A stretch of DNA of 64,000 nt from positions 23,808,001-23,872,000 of the forward strand of contig CM114271.1 of the NCBI GenBank assembly GCA_050084515.1, written 5' to 3'. Of this stretch, positions 25,015 through 36,836 are shown piece after piece. The position numbers were made by a program, and so were the translations under genes. Under the pieces are notes generated by a model, which saw nothing but the letters and a program-made list of their open reading frames with translations, had not been told where the DNA came from and did no database searches. The stretch's first letter is position 1, and the number at the start of each line of letters is the position of its first letter. This stretch comes from Blasia pusilla (Eukaryota).

Positions 25015-27540
25015 TTAACCCCTAAAAGCTCAACCTCTTTTATACCATTTCAGCCATTATTTTTTATTTATAATTCGATGTCCCATACTTTTATTTATAG
25101 TTCCATATCCCCCCGTTAAAAATTAATTCCCGCCGCTCAGATTGTAAATGGTAATTTCATGTACGTGGTTGTGAATTTTTATTCCAATAGGATGTGAGGT
25201 GGAAATTTCCCACCGTTGGAATTATTGGGTGCAGTTAGATAATTTTTGTACTCCATTATTTCTTCCCACTTTGGAGGCTTGCCACTAAGTGAGCTTCTAG
25301 GATAAATCAAAACAGTTTTTTTGCATTGGGTTGTTGGAACAGAACTCCACCAACATCCTAATTTTTGAATAATTTCTACCATTGACGTGGAAATTGTACC
25401 GCATAAGGTGTTTGGGGGTATGAACATGATCACTTGACACAAGTGTTACATCTACAATTATGTGACCCTTTCCACACACAAATCTACATACTCATGTGGG
25501 ATTTGAACCCACTAGACTGCCAAATGAGCCAGGAGTTAGTTATATGATCCTTTACACACCCACATCTACATACTCGTGTGGGATTTGAACCCACTAGATT
25601 GCCAACTCAATCAGGAGTCACATCGGAGAGGTGACCAAATCCAAACCAGGTCTCCAAAGGGGATGTAAAATGCTTTCCTATCCATTCAACATCTTTATGA
25701 ATGCATCCATACATTCCAATCATAGCAGAAATGACATGAAAAAGTAAGGTGCCATAATTTAAAACGACCATAAGGAAACAATGAGAAGAATGTCCATACA
25801 TACAAAAGCACCAAATTTCCAACCTGTTAGTGCATACAAAACTTGGCACCGGGTAGAGCCATATGTCCGAAACCATCACTCTTGGAAACAAAATTGTCAC
25901 GACGACATGGAATCTAAACTACTCTCGTGTTGCGACTCGCTTCTGTGCCCCGTGCACTTTGTAGCCTAGAATACTGCCATGGGACTTTAATACATTTGCA
26001 CAACACTTAGTTCGCTCGTGATGACTTACAAAATAACGCCCTATACACATGTGTAATCCTCTACATTTTGGACAACAAAAGGAAGTTCTTGCACCACACT
26101 CAACACACAATAGCCTATTAGGAAGCCTCAATCTATATTGGAAAATTAAGGAAGAATAGATCCCATCATGTGAAAGTTGATGGCTTCGCCTCCTTGACGA
26201 TGCCTTACCCACCAAGCTATCCCCAATATCTAGTAGAAATTTTTGGTGTGTACCTTGTTGAGTTTTGTGACTTTTATAATACATACACCATAAGATCCAT
26301 GCATTTGTTAGAGCACTATCTACGAGACTATCTACACAAAAACCAAAAGATTCGATGCCACCTTTTCCTGTATTTGGTCTGGGTGGAATAAGCGACGCGA
26401 AGCTGATCATGGACATTCACGCCCCTCATAAATACTTGATACTCTACCAACATTGGTGAGTTAGGGACTGCAATGTAACTCTTACTACCTCTATCCCATC
26501 GCATGACAGTAGTGTTCAATCGGACAGGTGTGGGAGATGTTGACAATAAGGCAACCATGTGATTGTCCATCCAAAGGCAAGCAAAAATATGAGTGGTCAT
26601 CTAATCGAATGTCAAGCGATGTGATACCTCTAGCAAATCCTTGAACCTTGTAGACAAACAGTCTAGGAAGAGTCTACACTTGGTAATTTTATCATAGTCT
26701 TTGCTTGTTTTATCCTTACATATGGTCTCATTATTCACTAGATGAAGGCTTCTGAGGATCTCCTCCCACCAATTTCTACTCATAAGGCTAGATATGTATG
26801 GATTGTGAAAGAGCTTATGTTGTGTCTGCCAATGGGATCTCCTAGTCGGGAGCTTGTTGATTCCCATGAAAATAGACACCCCTACCCAAGTTCGGAATTC
26901 TCATCGCTACAAGTTTCTCAATTGGGCACCCTTCAAGTTTTTCCCATAGCTATTAGTCTGTTGGCAGATACGTCTCATATGTTTTTCCTCTCTATTCTCA
27001 AACCAAGTAGGAAAAGGATTAAGATTCTCTCCCTTGAAGGAAGTGTCATGTGTGTAGAGTGGATTATCTCCCTCCCACCACTCATCTGAAAAAATTCCAT
27101 GAGTTCCAATCATCCGGTAGTTGGTACACACCCAACTTGGATAAATCTGACTCTAAGAGCTCGTCCGCATAACCTAGCCACTCTGAGCTCAAATCTGAAT
27201 TTTTTTTCTCCACCTCTAAGTCCCATTCAGACTCAGATTCATCATTGTAGGGTGTATCTTGAATATTTTTTTGATCAGAAGGTAGGCTATGGGCAGGTTG
27301 GGTAAATAGGTTGAAGCCAACTTCCCTAATTTTCAAGGTTTTATCCCCCATATCTACGTCACATGTCGTGCAAAAGGTCTCCACCTCCTTTTCGGAGTGT
27401 GGGAGTCGGATCTTCACTTTAGAGATTGTTGTGAGAAAATGTTGAAACTCATCTATAAACTCACATTTTATCCATTCATAGTCATAGAGGCTTGGGGGCA
27501 AATCTGAATCCTCAAAAGCATCTCTATGGACGTACAACAC
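25015..27540 (-). mobile_element. Degenerate piggyBac-like DNA transposon (internally deleted DDE_Tnp_1_7-type transposase)
   Basis: Minus-strand fragments in the expected order: acidic N-terminus; ICQQTNSY; FMGINKLPTRRSHW..MSRNWWEEILRSLHL..DKITKCRLFLD..LTFD; WMDNHMVALLST; EYQVFMRGVNVHDQLR..Y..KYRKRWHRIFWF; VDSALTNAWIL; and a C-terminal Cys-rich domain CVEC..T..CCPKC..LHMC..YF..HH. A candidate terminus TTAA-CCCCTAAAAGC lies at 25015. The opposite terminus was not found. Confidence 0.85.
25458..25620 (-). repeat. Tandem 82-bp repeat (2 copies), each with a tRNA T-arm/B-box-like motif
   Basis: Units at 25458-25539 and 25540-25620. Each contains gtgggatttgaacccac, which reads GTGGGTTCAAATCCCAC on the minus strand. 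No full cloverleaf is visible. Confidence 0.75.
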
Positions 27541-28649
27541 CCGTACAACTTGGCTTTGCTCATCACAATGGTTTGGATCTTTGGAGGTCGAGGGAAGTGG
27601 GATCTAGTCTGCACAATATTGCCTTCCATGGCTAGCCACCAAGCTGTCCCTTAGAACCATGAATTGTGAAGGTCTGAAGGGGTCTGAACCATAATCTTCT
27701 TTAGATCTAATTGGTATCTATTGGGCTTGTGTTCCACATTTGAGCTACCCTTCTTCACCTTATACGTATGCGTATCTCTAAGGGATGGAGGAGGCAATGT
27801 AGCACAAGGTGCTTCAATGCAGAGAATAATACCTACAATCTGGGAATCCCCTAGACTACCCATGTCTGGCAAGTGGTTCAAGTCTAGAACTTGATAATCC
27901 GTCGATCTATCACCTATCCGATTTTGATGATGGGTACTTTCCAAAGGGTGTTTGGTATATGATGGGATGGCATGGTCTTGGTGGTGAAGTGATTATGTGG
28001 TGGGGCACAAAGGTGTGTAGAAAGGTTTAGTAGATGGTTGGTTGGGCTCATTGGTGGGCTTTTTTTGCCAAATGGAAATAGACGAGTGTGACAATATGAG
28101 AGTGGAGGGTTGGTTTTTGATGTAGAGGGATGATATTTTGTACGTGTATTAGATATTGCAGTTGTTGGGTGATGGGACTAAAGGGGTTGGGTAAATGTAA
28201 CCTTACGAGCTCTGTTTCGTATTTGCCTCAAAGATAGAACATCAAGGTCCAGAATTTGGCTATCATGCACAATGGAATCACATGGAGATTTTTTAGGATC
28301 GTGAGGTAGAAGTCATGATGGAGATGCAATCCTAATAGTTCTAGGAGGGTTCTCGACAAGAAGTTCCTTTTCCCAAATATCTGGAAGCATGGGTAGGTAT
28401 GACCTATATATGGCGGCACACGACGCCCGTGGCCGTCATCCAAATCTTGAGCCCTCTTTACCCGATGCGTTCTAAGCGGATGGCCAAAGCCTAGATGTGG
28501 CGCTTGGATCCCCATAGCCAGCGCCTGATACTTGAATATTTTTTTGATGCCCAAATTTTGGTAAAAAATTGTTTAAAAAAACAAGAAAAAGAGATGTTAC
28601 TTTCCAAAAAAAAAATTTGAATTAATTTTTTCAGCCAAACCTTGTGGAA

Positions 28650-29418
28650 GAGGAGTAAAGGACCATTGAGCATATGCATAAGAATAATTGAAACATAGAA
28701 AAAAAATGATTTTTGGTGCGTGGCACGAGAGTAGAGGGAGACCTAGAGAGATGCATTCGACAAAATTTAGGACTTTCTCCTCCTTTTTTATGGCCAATTT
28801 TTTTCCTTTGGGATATTGAAGGAGAAGTGCAAAAGCCCCAAAGCTGCTATTTTCACTTCTTGTGGATCCCCCTCAAGCGAAAGGGGTAAGGACAAGAGGC
28901 GAAAAGGGAGCAGAAGATGATGGGGGGATGTGTCTTGAGATGTGAGAGGTGGGCCATTGGCTAGAAAATTTCCCTCACCAACAAGTTGATCAAGTGGATT
29001 TAAGGATATACTAGCTACTCACAAATGAGAATGGGGCGGGGGAGGAGAGAGTGGGGACTCAGAAGGGTGAGAGGGGTGAAGGAACATTGAGAATGTGCAT
29101 GAGAATGATCGAAACATAAGAAAATATTTTGATTATAGGTGCATGGCATGATATAAGAGGAAGAGGTGCATGCATCAAATTGTAATCCTTTCTCCTCCTT
29201 TTTTTCTTGAAATTTTTTCTCACTCCAAGTTATGGAAGGAGAAGTAAGAAAGCCCCAAAGCATTTGTTTGCACTTCTTGTAGACCCCTTGAAGTTGAAGG
29301 GAGGGAACCTTGGGTAAGGAGAACAGGCATAGAGGGGAGCAAAGGATGATGGGGATACATGTCAAATGCAAGAGGCAAGCCATTGGCTAGAAGATTTCCC
29401 CCATGAACAAGTTCATCA
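28650..29418 (+). repeat. Diverged tandem duplication (~345-bp units, ~420-bp period)
   Basis: 28650-28992 and 29071-29418 share collinear blocks: cattgag, gaaacata, ctttctcctcctttttt, gaaggagaagt, aaagccccaaagc, cacttcttgt, gccattggctagaa and aacaagtt.atca. Confidence 0.85.
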
Positions 29419-30214
29419 TAATCCATCAAAATTTGCTATTTGATGCTTCCATTTTTCAAGTTTATGCAAAGAAATGTCACTAGAATTTTATATGAAGTCG
29501 AAAAGGCCAATCGAGGAGTTATTAAGAAATTTGATTAGGAAGAATCTATGATGGAGAATCAACTCAAGATCATATCAATTAGATGTCAACCCATTTTTTT
29601 CCAAAACTATGAGTTTTATGAAGAATGCATTTATACAAGTTCTTTGTGTATCTAATACATCATCCTTATGAGATAAAGATCAAGTTGAATATAAAGTACC
29701 GAGAAGACAACATGGAAACATCGATCAAAGGAAGGATCTAGCGAAATCCATTATGGCAAGTGCATTCATAGGTAGTTTTATTGTTGAAAATGGACAAACC
29801 ATGCCTCATAGTATATAAGGGACTATGTGATATTCTCATTTCTCTCTAACTATTCATGTTTCATACATGGTTGCATGGAAAGACAAGTCTCGGATCACCC
29901 ATTACCTACCCTTGCGCAGGCAACTTGGGACCTTAATTTTGATTTTTTTTTTCCAATTTTGTACAAAAATTGCATAGAAGTGTGGCACTGATTCCACAAT
30001 GGCCCTCTTCAAATTCAAGAAAACACACAAATAGAGTTACAAGAATTTTCAACCTAACTTTCTACAAGTGTAGACTAAAGAGTGGTTTGAATTTTGCTTT
30101 ATTTATTAATGAAGTTAGTACATAGAAATTGATTTCGTCTCCATACGTTCTCCATTTGGGTGCATGCCTTTGAGTTGGAACTTGTTGTAAAGTCCCATAT
30201 GTCCCTCCATAGGT

Positions 30215-30936
30215 CAAACTTATCCAGAAAAGTTCAGATAAGTTTGTGCATGTCCATAGACACGCTTTCCCGCCCTATGCACAAGTTTTGAGGGAATCCA
30301 CATCGCTTGCGCAAAGCGAGAGTGCAAGGGTTGGGCAAAGGACAATTGGCAGAGTTTTAGTAAGTGGGCACAACATGGTGTGGGATACAAGATTTTTTGT
30401 TTTGTTTACCGACACATCGATCTATCCTTTGCTAGGATAGACATAAGACCGCGTCCATGGACAAGTCCACAGACCCAGAATTTTTTTGCATACAACCTTA
30501 GTGTCATACAAGGTTGGACATAAATGGACAAGTTTGAACATGTCCATAGACATGTGCAACGGTTCACTCGCCCGCGCCCTCCGTGGAGCCCGTCGATCCC
30601 GTAATGTAGGCCTGGCTAGCCGAGCTGCATGAAGCCCGCGCGTAGCCCGCTACAGGCTTGCATGGCTTGCAGGGCCCCCATTGGGCAGGCTGAGGCCCGT
30701 GGGCGAGCCCGCATAGGGCGGGCTCAAGGTGTGGGCTTGTCCAATGGAGGCCTTGCACGCCTTGCAGGCATGAGGCACTCCGCGCACGGGCTTCCAATGG
30801 GCTAAAAAATGGGTGCGGGCTCGACCAGCCCGGGTCTACATTACGGGCTCGGTAGGCTCCGCTGCGGGCTCGGGTGCGGTTCATGGGTACTTGGGCCCAC
30901 ATGGATATGTTCATCCTAGGGATAGACATAAGTCCG
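30215..30936 (+). mobile_element. Two tandem non-autonomous hAT-like elements with a GC-rich palindromic interior
   Basis: Copy A ends ..gcatacaacctta (30500), followed by an 8-bp spacer gtgtcata; copy B starts caaggttgg (30509). Shared subterminal blocks are aagttt...catgtccatagaca (~30240 and ~30530) and ggatagacataag (~30435 and ~30920). The interior of B (~30566-30880) is an imperfect inverted repeat rich in gcccg/cgggc. Outer borders are approximate. Confidence 0.6.
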
Positions 30937-32601
30937 TTTTCACATCTTATTTTGACGTAGGTAGAGTTCTATCGCGTCGCCAACATTGAGAGTCAGCGGG
31001 CTATTTGGATGTAACTTCGTCCCGAGATGTCGGATGAGGTTGGCGATAGGTTGGCATAGACGTGTGTGGATGTGTAGGAGTTAGGATGGTAGCGTCCGGA
31101 TTCCCTCATAGCAGAGGGTGGATGTGGTTTGATATGCCGATGTAGATTCATGAGTGGAGTTTAAGGCCGGGTGAGCAATTTTTACTACTCTTGCTTTTAC
31201 ATGAGAAAGATGTTAGGGGCGTGGTGGGAATTCGTTATTTGTAGGTAGGCAAGCAAGTTTCCTACCTGCAAATGCATATAGAGGTGCATATAATACAGGC
31301 GTTGGTCATTTTTTTGTTCAGAAGGCTGTGTGCGGAAGCGCGATCTGTTTTTCTCAAATTTCGCTAGTGCAAGTTGATAGGGGGGCGGCAATAGAGTGTA
31401 GCGCAAGTTGGGGCAACATGTGGTTGAGAGTGTGTCATTGACGGGTGAGTAGTGAGTGTCGGGAAACATAAAGGACCAAGTTTAGGGCTTGCAGCCGCCG
31501 GGGGGTTGTCAAGTAAAAGTGGCTAGGGCTTGGACTAGGGTTAGGTCGTAGGAGCTAGACCGCACAAATTGGAGGACCGAGATTCATGATGGGTGAGTGA
31601 CGATTCACCATGTGGCAGTCGGATGCGCAAAGGTAGGAGAGAGGCTGGACGGCCGGAAGGGCGAGTGTCGCTTTGAACCGGGGCGGCAAGAATTGGGGCC
31701 AGGCATAGGGCGGCAAGCCGCCCCCCAATGGGCAGTTAAGGCCCATAGGGACGCGGGCCAAGTGCCTGGCCTCTTTTAACCACGTCGTTGGGAGCGCCAT
31801 GGTGGGCGCCTTCTTGACGTAGTAGGTGGGCTACGTAGTCGACACCTAGACGTGGTTGATAGAATGGATGTGGTAGGGTCAGGGTGGTGGATGTAGTAGA
31901 GGCACAGGCAATGTGGTAGATGGGCAGCCATGGTTGGGGTCGAACGTGGTTGAGTTGAGTTACGTAGTGGGAGAGAGTTTGTGAGACTTGGTGTTTCATG
32001 AGCATGGTGGGATTTGCGACGGGAGTTTGGTTGTTATTGCAAGTCGATTGGGGGCCGACTTAGTAGTCCATCATCGATTATGGCTGCGAGGGTTGTGATG
32101 GGGACACACATGTCGACGTTGACGGGAGGTTTGACGTGTTGGTCGAGGAGGGTGTCGTGTTGCGGAGGTTGCCGTACCACATGGAGGAGTGAGTGTTGAC
32201 GGTGCCATAGGTTGGAGGGCGTGATCAGGTTACCCATTCGAGTCCCTTTTCCCGCACTTATCTTGTGTGATTGAGAGTACTGGGTATTGGGTAGTTGGTG
32301 GTGTTAGATGGATGTAGCGATGGTGACGATTGTACACTCCTTTCATGTATAGCATGTTGGTGAATATATGGCGTTTGCCGAGTAGGGGTCACGTGTCTGA
32401 CTTGAGCGTGTCGGTAGTTTAGGTGAGTTAGTTGGGAGGCTCATGGTAAGCCTGAGTGTTGAGTGTGTCATCACGGGATTGACATTAGCGTATGTGAGCT
32501 AGTGAGGAGTTTGGGAGACTCTTGGTGAGTCTGAGTTCTTGAGCGGGTGAGATAAGGTTGTCATCACGGCGTTCTTCCAGGTTTCGGAAGAATGGGGTAG
32601 T

Positions 32602-34837
32602 ATGAGCAGTGATAGTGGAGTGACATGGAGTGGTGTGAGGTATCAAGGGTTTTTGAGTGAGGAACCACCCCGACTTCCATCAGTGGTTGGATCGTCATCA
32701 CTAGACAACGGGTTTGGTGACGAGATCGCAGACGGGGACGCTCATATGTGGAGAGAGATGGACGACATAGACCATCGGGGCATGCATCATTTCTCGGGTG
32801 CCGCAGGCACTATAGATCTTGATGATTTCATCTAGGAGTTTGACACGTGGTGCGACTTTGAGGAGATCAGAGCCCCTTCACGATTCAACCCTTTCATGGG
32901 GTGGAAGGGTCTGTTCCATCATTTAGAGGGTCCTCCAATGGATGACTACATGGAGTTTTGGTCTTTATACTCTATAGATATCAATGCCTGGAGGGTGTTT
33001 TGGGCTCCAGGGTATGTGTCCACTAGTGGCCGCAAGGCGTATGATGGTATATTGAGAGCGGAGAGACCTTCACCATCAACCCGAGGACTAGATGGAGAGG
33101 ATGACAGTAAGACTGGTGAGGTGGGAGAGACCTCTCGTGGTAGAGGACCGCCCAGTTTCAGTCCTACAATGGAGTTCTTTTGATAGTTGGGGAGGAGCTA
33201 TCAAGGCGTGCGGACCAACAAGCTGAAGAGTCTACAGGATTTTCAGCGGAGATCGGGTGAGAGTCTGAGGGAGGCGTTCATGCGCATGGGACAATTGATT
33301 TTTGCCACATATGGGGTGACTGAGGCGCAGTCAGTGCATTATTGGTATGGGGTGCTAGATGGGGAGCTACGGAGAAGATTTTGGGATGCAATATTGCTTC
33401 ACATGGTGAAGCCCATATTGAAGGTGGTCTTTGAGTTTTCTGAGCGGATAGAGTTCAACATGAGTGAGGAGCAGGTGGTGACTACGGGTTTTTTGCGGGA
33501 TTCGACGGGTCAACGAGTAGGAGTAAACCCACAGGTGCCCCAACATGCACCGGTACCACGAGAGTGGGCTAGTGGGCCCAGAGAGCAAGGCGGGTATCGT
33601 GAGTTGATGAGGCAATGACCCGTACCAACATATGTTTCCCAACATGGACAAAGGTTGGCTTGTTGGATGTGTGATGGGTCACATAGGCAAAGGGACTGCC
33701 CATAGCATGGGAGAGGGCCATGGGTTCCTCTGATTGCTCAGGAGCCACAAAGAATGGCCCCACCACAGTTACAGCGTGATCATTGTCACCGATATGGTCA
33801 GACTAGGGATAGGTGTTATGATCTTCGCGGGGAGGTACGTCGTGAGATAGGCAGAGGACTTGGGGGCGAGAGAGTTGGTGGAGATTGAGTGGTAGATGAT
33901 CGTGGTGGTAGAGTGCCATCACCAGTCATGGGAGATGGAGGGCGTGCACCCAATGCAGCGCCCCTTACGCGCATCGATCAGTTGGAGTAGAGGATTGGTA
34001 CCATGACGATGATGTGGCTACAGGCAGGCCTAGAGCTTAGAGTAGCTAGTGTGGCGCTAGCCTCCACATCATACCACAATGTTGGTAAGGATTCTTAGGG
34101 GATGGGATTTATGCGGCGCACGTTCAGGTTGTTGTGGTGGTGACTCGGGGAGCTGCGAGGGTAACCAAGCCATGGAGAGGTGGGGTTGAGATTGACCCAC
34201 AGGAGAGGAGCGATGGGCGGCAGGCCAAGGTTCCCCAATCATTCACATTGTCAGAGGCATTGCATACACCGTTGATGGTGCCTCGACAACTGTTAGTACC
34301 CACAGGTGGGACAAGTGCATCGACGTCAGGAGGAGTTGGAGAGACGACTCTTATGCCAGCTCGGGAGGAGCCAATATTGACCATGTTGTAGGAGGTGGCC
34401 ACTAGGGTGAGCCAGACTCGGTTTTTTCCGCCATGGAGTTGGCGACGTTGGGAGTTGGACCAACAGAGTGTTGCGGCTAGCCGCCACATTATGTGAGCGT
34501 GGAGAGGTGACTGCCTCTCGTTCACAGGTAGTTGAGGAGGTGGTGGACTTGCCCTTGGAGCACGAGCTCAGGACTTCATCCACTGAGTCATGGCATGCGG
34601 CGGCGGCAAAGTTGGTAGATATGCCGGCTAGGCCTGCGATAGAGCGAGCCATGGTCACACCAGGTGTGGTGTTGTTGGATAACCGATCAAGAGTGTTTCG
34701 CTTGGTTAGTCCCACACGTACGATGTACCACTTGCAACGCGTCCTACTTGATTCGGGAGCGCAGCCCTTGATGTTAGGGAAGGCGGCGTGTTTGGCGTTG
34801 GGATTACGGAAAGGCGACATCGAGCGTTGTCCCTTCA
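32602..34837 (+). mobile_element. Degenerate Ty3/Gypsy-like LTR retrotransposon gag-protease region
   Basis: ORFs 32602, 32896 and 33187 share one frame broken by stops. They contain a retrotransposon gag motif (LQDFQRRSGESLREAF), zinc knuckles CWMCDGSHRQRDC (33661) and degenerate RDHCHRYGQTRDRC (33775), and an aspartic protease motif VLLDSGAQPLMLG (34741). No RT or integrase follows, so the superfamily call is tentative. Confidence 0.8.
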
Positions 34838-35344
34838 TATATGGGGTCCTAGTGTATATGCGTGAGTATCTTTCATTTATGTGTGGATCTACCCGTATGT
34901 TGGGAAAGATCGGTGTTGTGTGGTGTGTAGATGTGACCAGAAATATGGGTTGTGTAGCGATGTGTATGCGCACCACACCGGAGACGCGAACTTTTTCCAT
35001 GTCCAATCTTGGTGTCATATCTTGATGGGTAGATGTTGCAACACATATGCATGTCTTTAAATGGAGTTTTGAATGTAGTGGTTATGGATTCCATCATCTT
35101 AATGAAGCAATCTTTTTCAAATCTTTGCCTTCAATTGAGGTCTCATTGTGCAATTTCGCATTCGTTCTCCTGTGTGCTAGGATCTCCAAGGAAATTATAA
35201 TATGGTGTTGTCATATCTTCCAATCCCTAGAAAAGGATGGGTTTTCCATGTCAAATAACCAAAATGAAACCAATGAGAATATTTGGCTTTTCACAAGGGC
35301 TAGTGGGGTTGTGTTTATAGATACCATTAGAAAGTTTAAATCCC

Positions 35345-35475
35345 TCTTGAAGGATCGATAGATGTAGTCAGATGGAGATCAATCAGACTACATCTATCGA
35401 TACTTTAATAACTTTGTATTGTGATCCTCTAGTCTGATTGATCTCCATCTGACTACATCTATCGATCCTTCAAGA
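35345..35475. repeat. Perfect 46-bp inverted repeat with a nested 16-bp inverted repeat
   Basis: 35345-35390 is the exact reverse complement of 35430-35475. In addition, atcgatagatgtagtc (35354-35369) pairs with gactacatctatcgat (35386-35401). Confidence 0.95.
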
Positions 35476-36836
35476 TAATACATTAATAACTTTGAGCAAA
35501 TTTTTTTAAACTAAAATAGGTTACTAATATCTAAATATAATCTTTAGAGAAACGTGAGACAAAACACCCAAAAAAATCAATCTACATTTAGTTCTTCAAA
35601 AGAACCCTCCAACATAACCCTTGGGATGGGGCACATTGATCTCCTACACTTTTAATTCTCAGTAGTGTAATGGGTTTTTTTGTTATAGCATCTTCTTAGA
35701 TTGTGCCTTTTTTTAAAAATCCGAAAATAAGGAGAGCTAAATGTCTGCATGGGATGCACATTTTTTGGCATTTTTCTCACCTCCATTGCAATTATTATGA
35801 CAAATACTCTAGCTAGAATAATTTTCACATTAAAATATACAAGCGTACTAGTTTTTTTAATTAAAGAAAGTAAGGATCTATTTTCTTGATTTGTATTCCA
35901 TCCATGTTTGGCAACTAAAAAATATCTTATAAATAATAAATTTAATATAGAATAGAATTCTAATACTTGTAAATCAAGTACTATTGTACTAGTAGTGTAA
36001 TGTACTAGTACAATCTAAATTTGTGTTGTGTGTCATGTTAAATCTTCTATGAATCTTTTTCTTATGTTACTAGGAAATATGCGATTGCTAAGCATATGTC
36101 ATGAAGTGTTTGAATGAGTGGGATAGAGGTAATGGAGTGGTGGAATTTGGGTAATTGCCAACTGTCACTAATAATTAATTCCCTAATATCCAATTAACTC
36201 TTGAGATACAATACATGATCAAAATCATACTATTAAGGATGTCAGCCTTGGTTAAGATGCTCCCAATGAACGCCACATGTGAAGCCTTTCATTTTTTGTT
36301 TAATTTTGCCTATACTAAATTAAAGTTTGAATAGGAAAAAGCTTTTAATAGTATAACTTTTTAAAAATAAAAAAAAATATTATCTTCATGAAAACATTGT
36401 GAGACTTTTTCATAACCAATTCATTTTTGAAATAAAATTCGTATTTAAAAATTTAAGAAAAAATCTAAAACTTTTAATTTCAAGTTTATTCTGAAAGGGA
36501 AATTACATATTAATTTATAAATATGTAATTTAGCGGAAGGGAAATTACATATTACTCTAGCTATGAGGGATTTTTAAAGATTATTTTGAGACAAACTTTG
36601 GATCAAAATGAGTGATCCATTTTTTTTTACTTATTGAGAGATGAGGGTTAGAAAAATAAGGATAATTCATTTCTTTTTTAATTAATAAGGGGAAAGATAA
36701 GAATTTTTTAAATGAAAATTATATTCTTATAATTATTCATATATTTAAAGGAAAAATTATCATCACTATTTATTTATCAAATCTATAATTTCAACCTATG
36801 TCTTATGTAATGACCTCATATTGTGGTTTCATGCAG

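Noticed and set aside
25496-25512. tRNA gene
   Set aside because: Only a T-arm-like stem-loop is present; no acceptor, D or anticodon arms could be built.
34326-35018. 230-aa minus-strand ORF
   Set aside because: Mostly antisense to the retroelement protease region; no independent motif.
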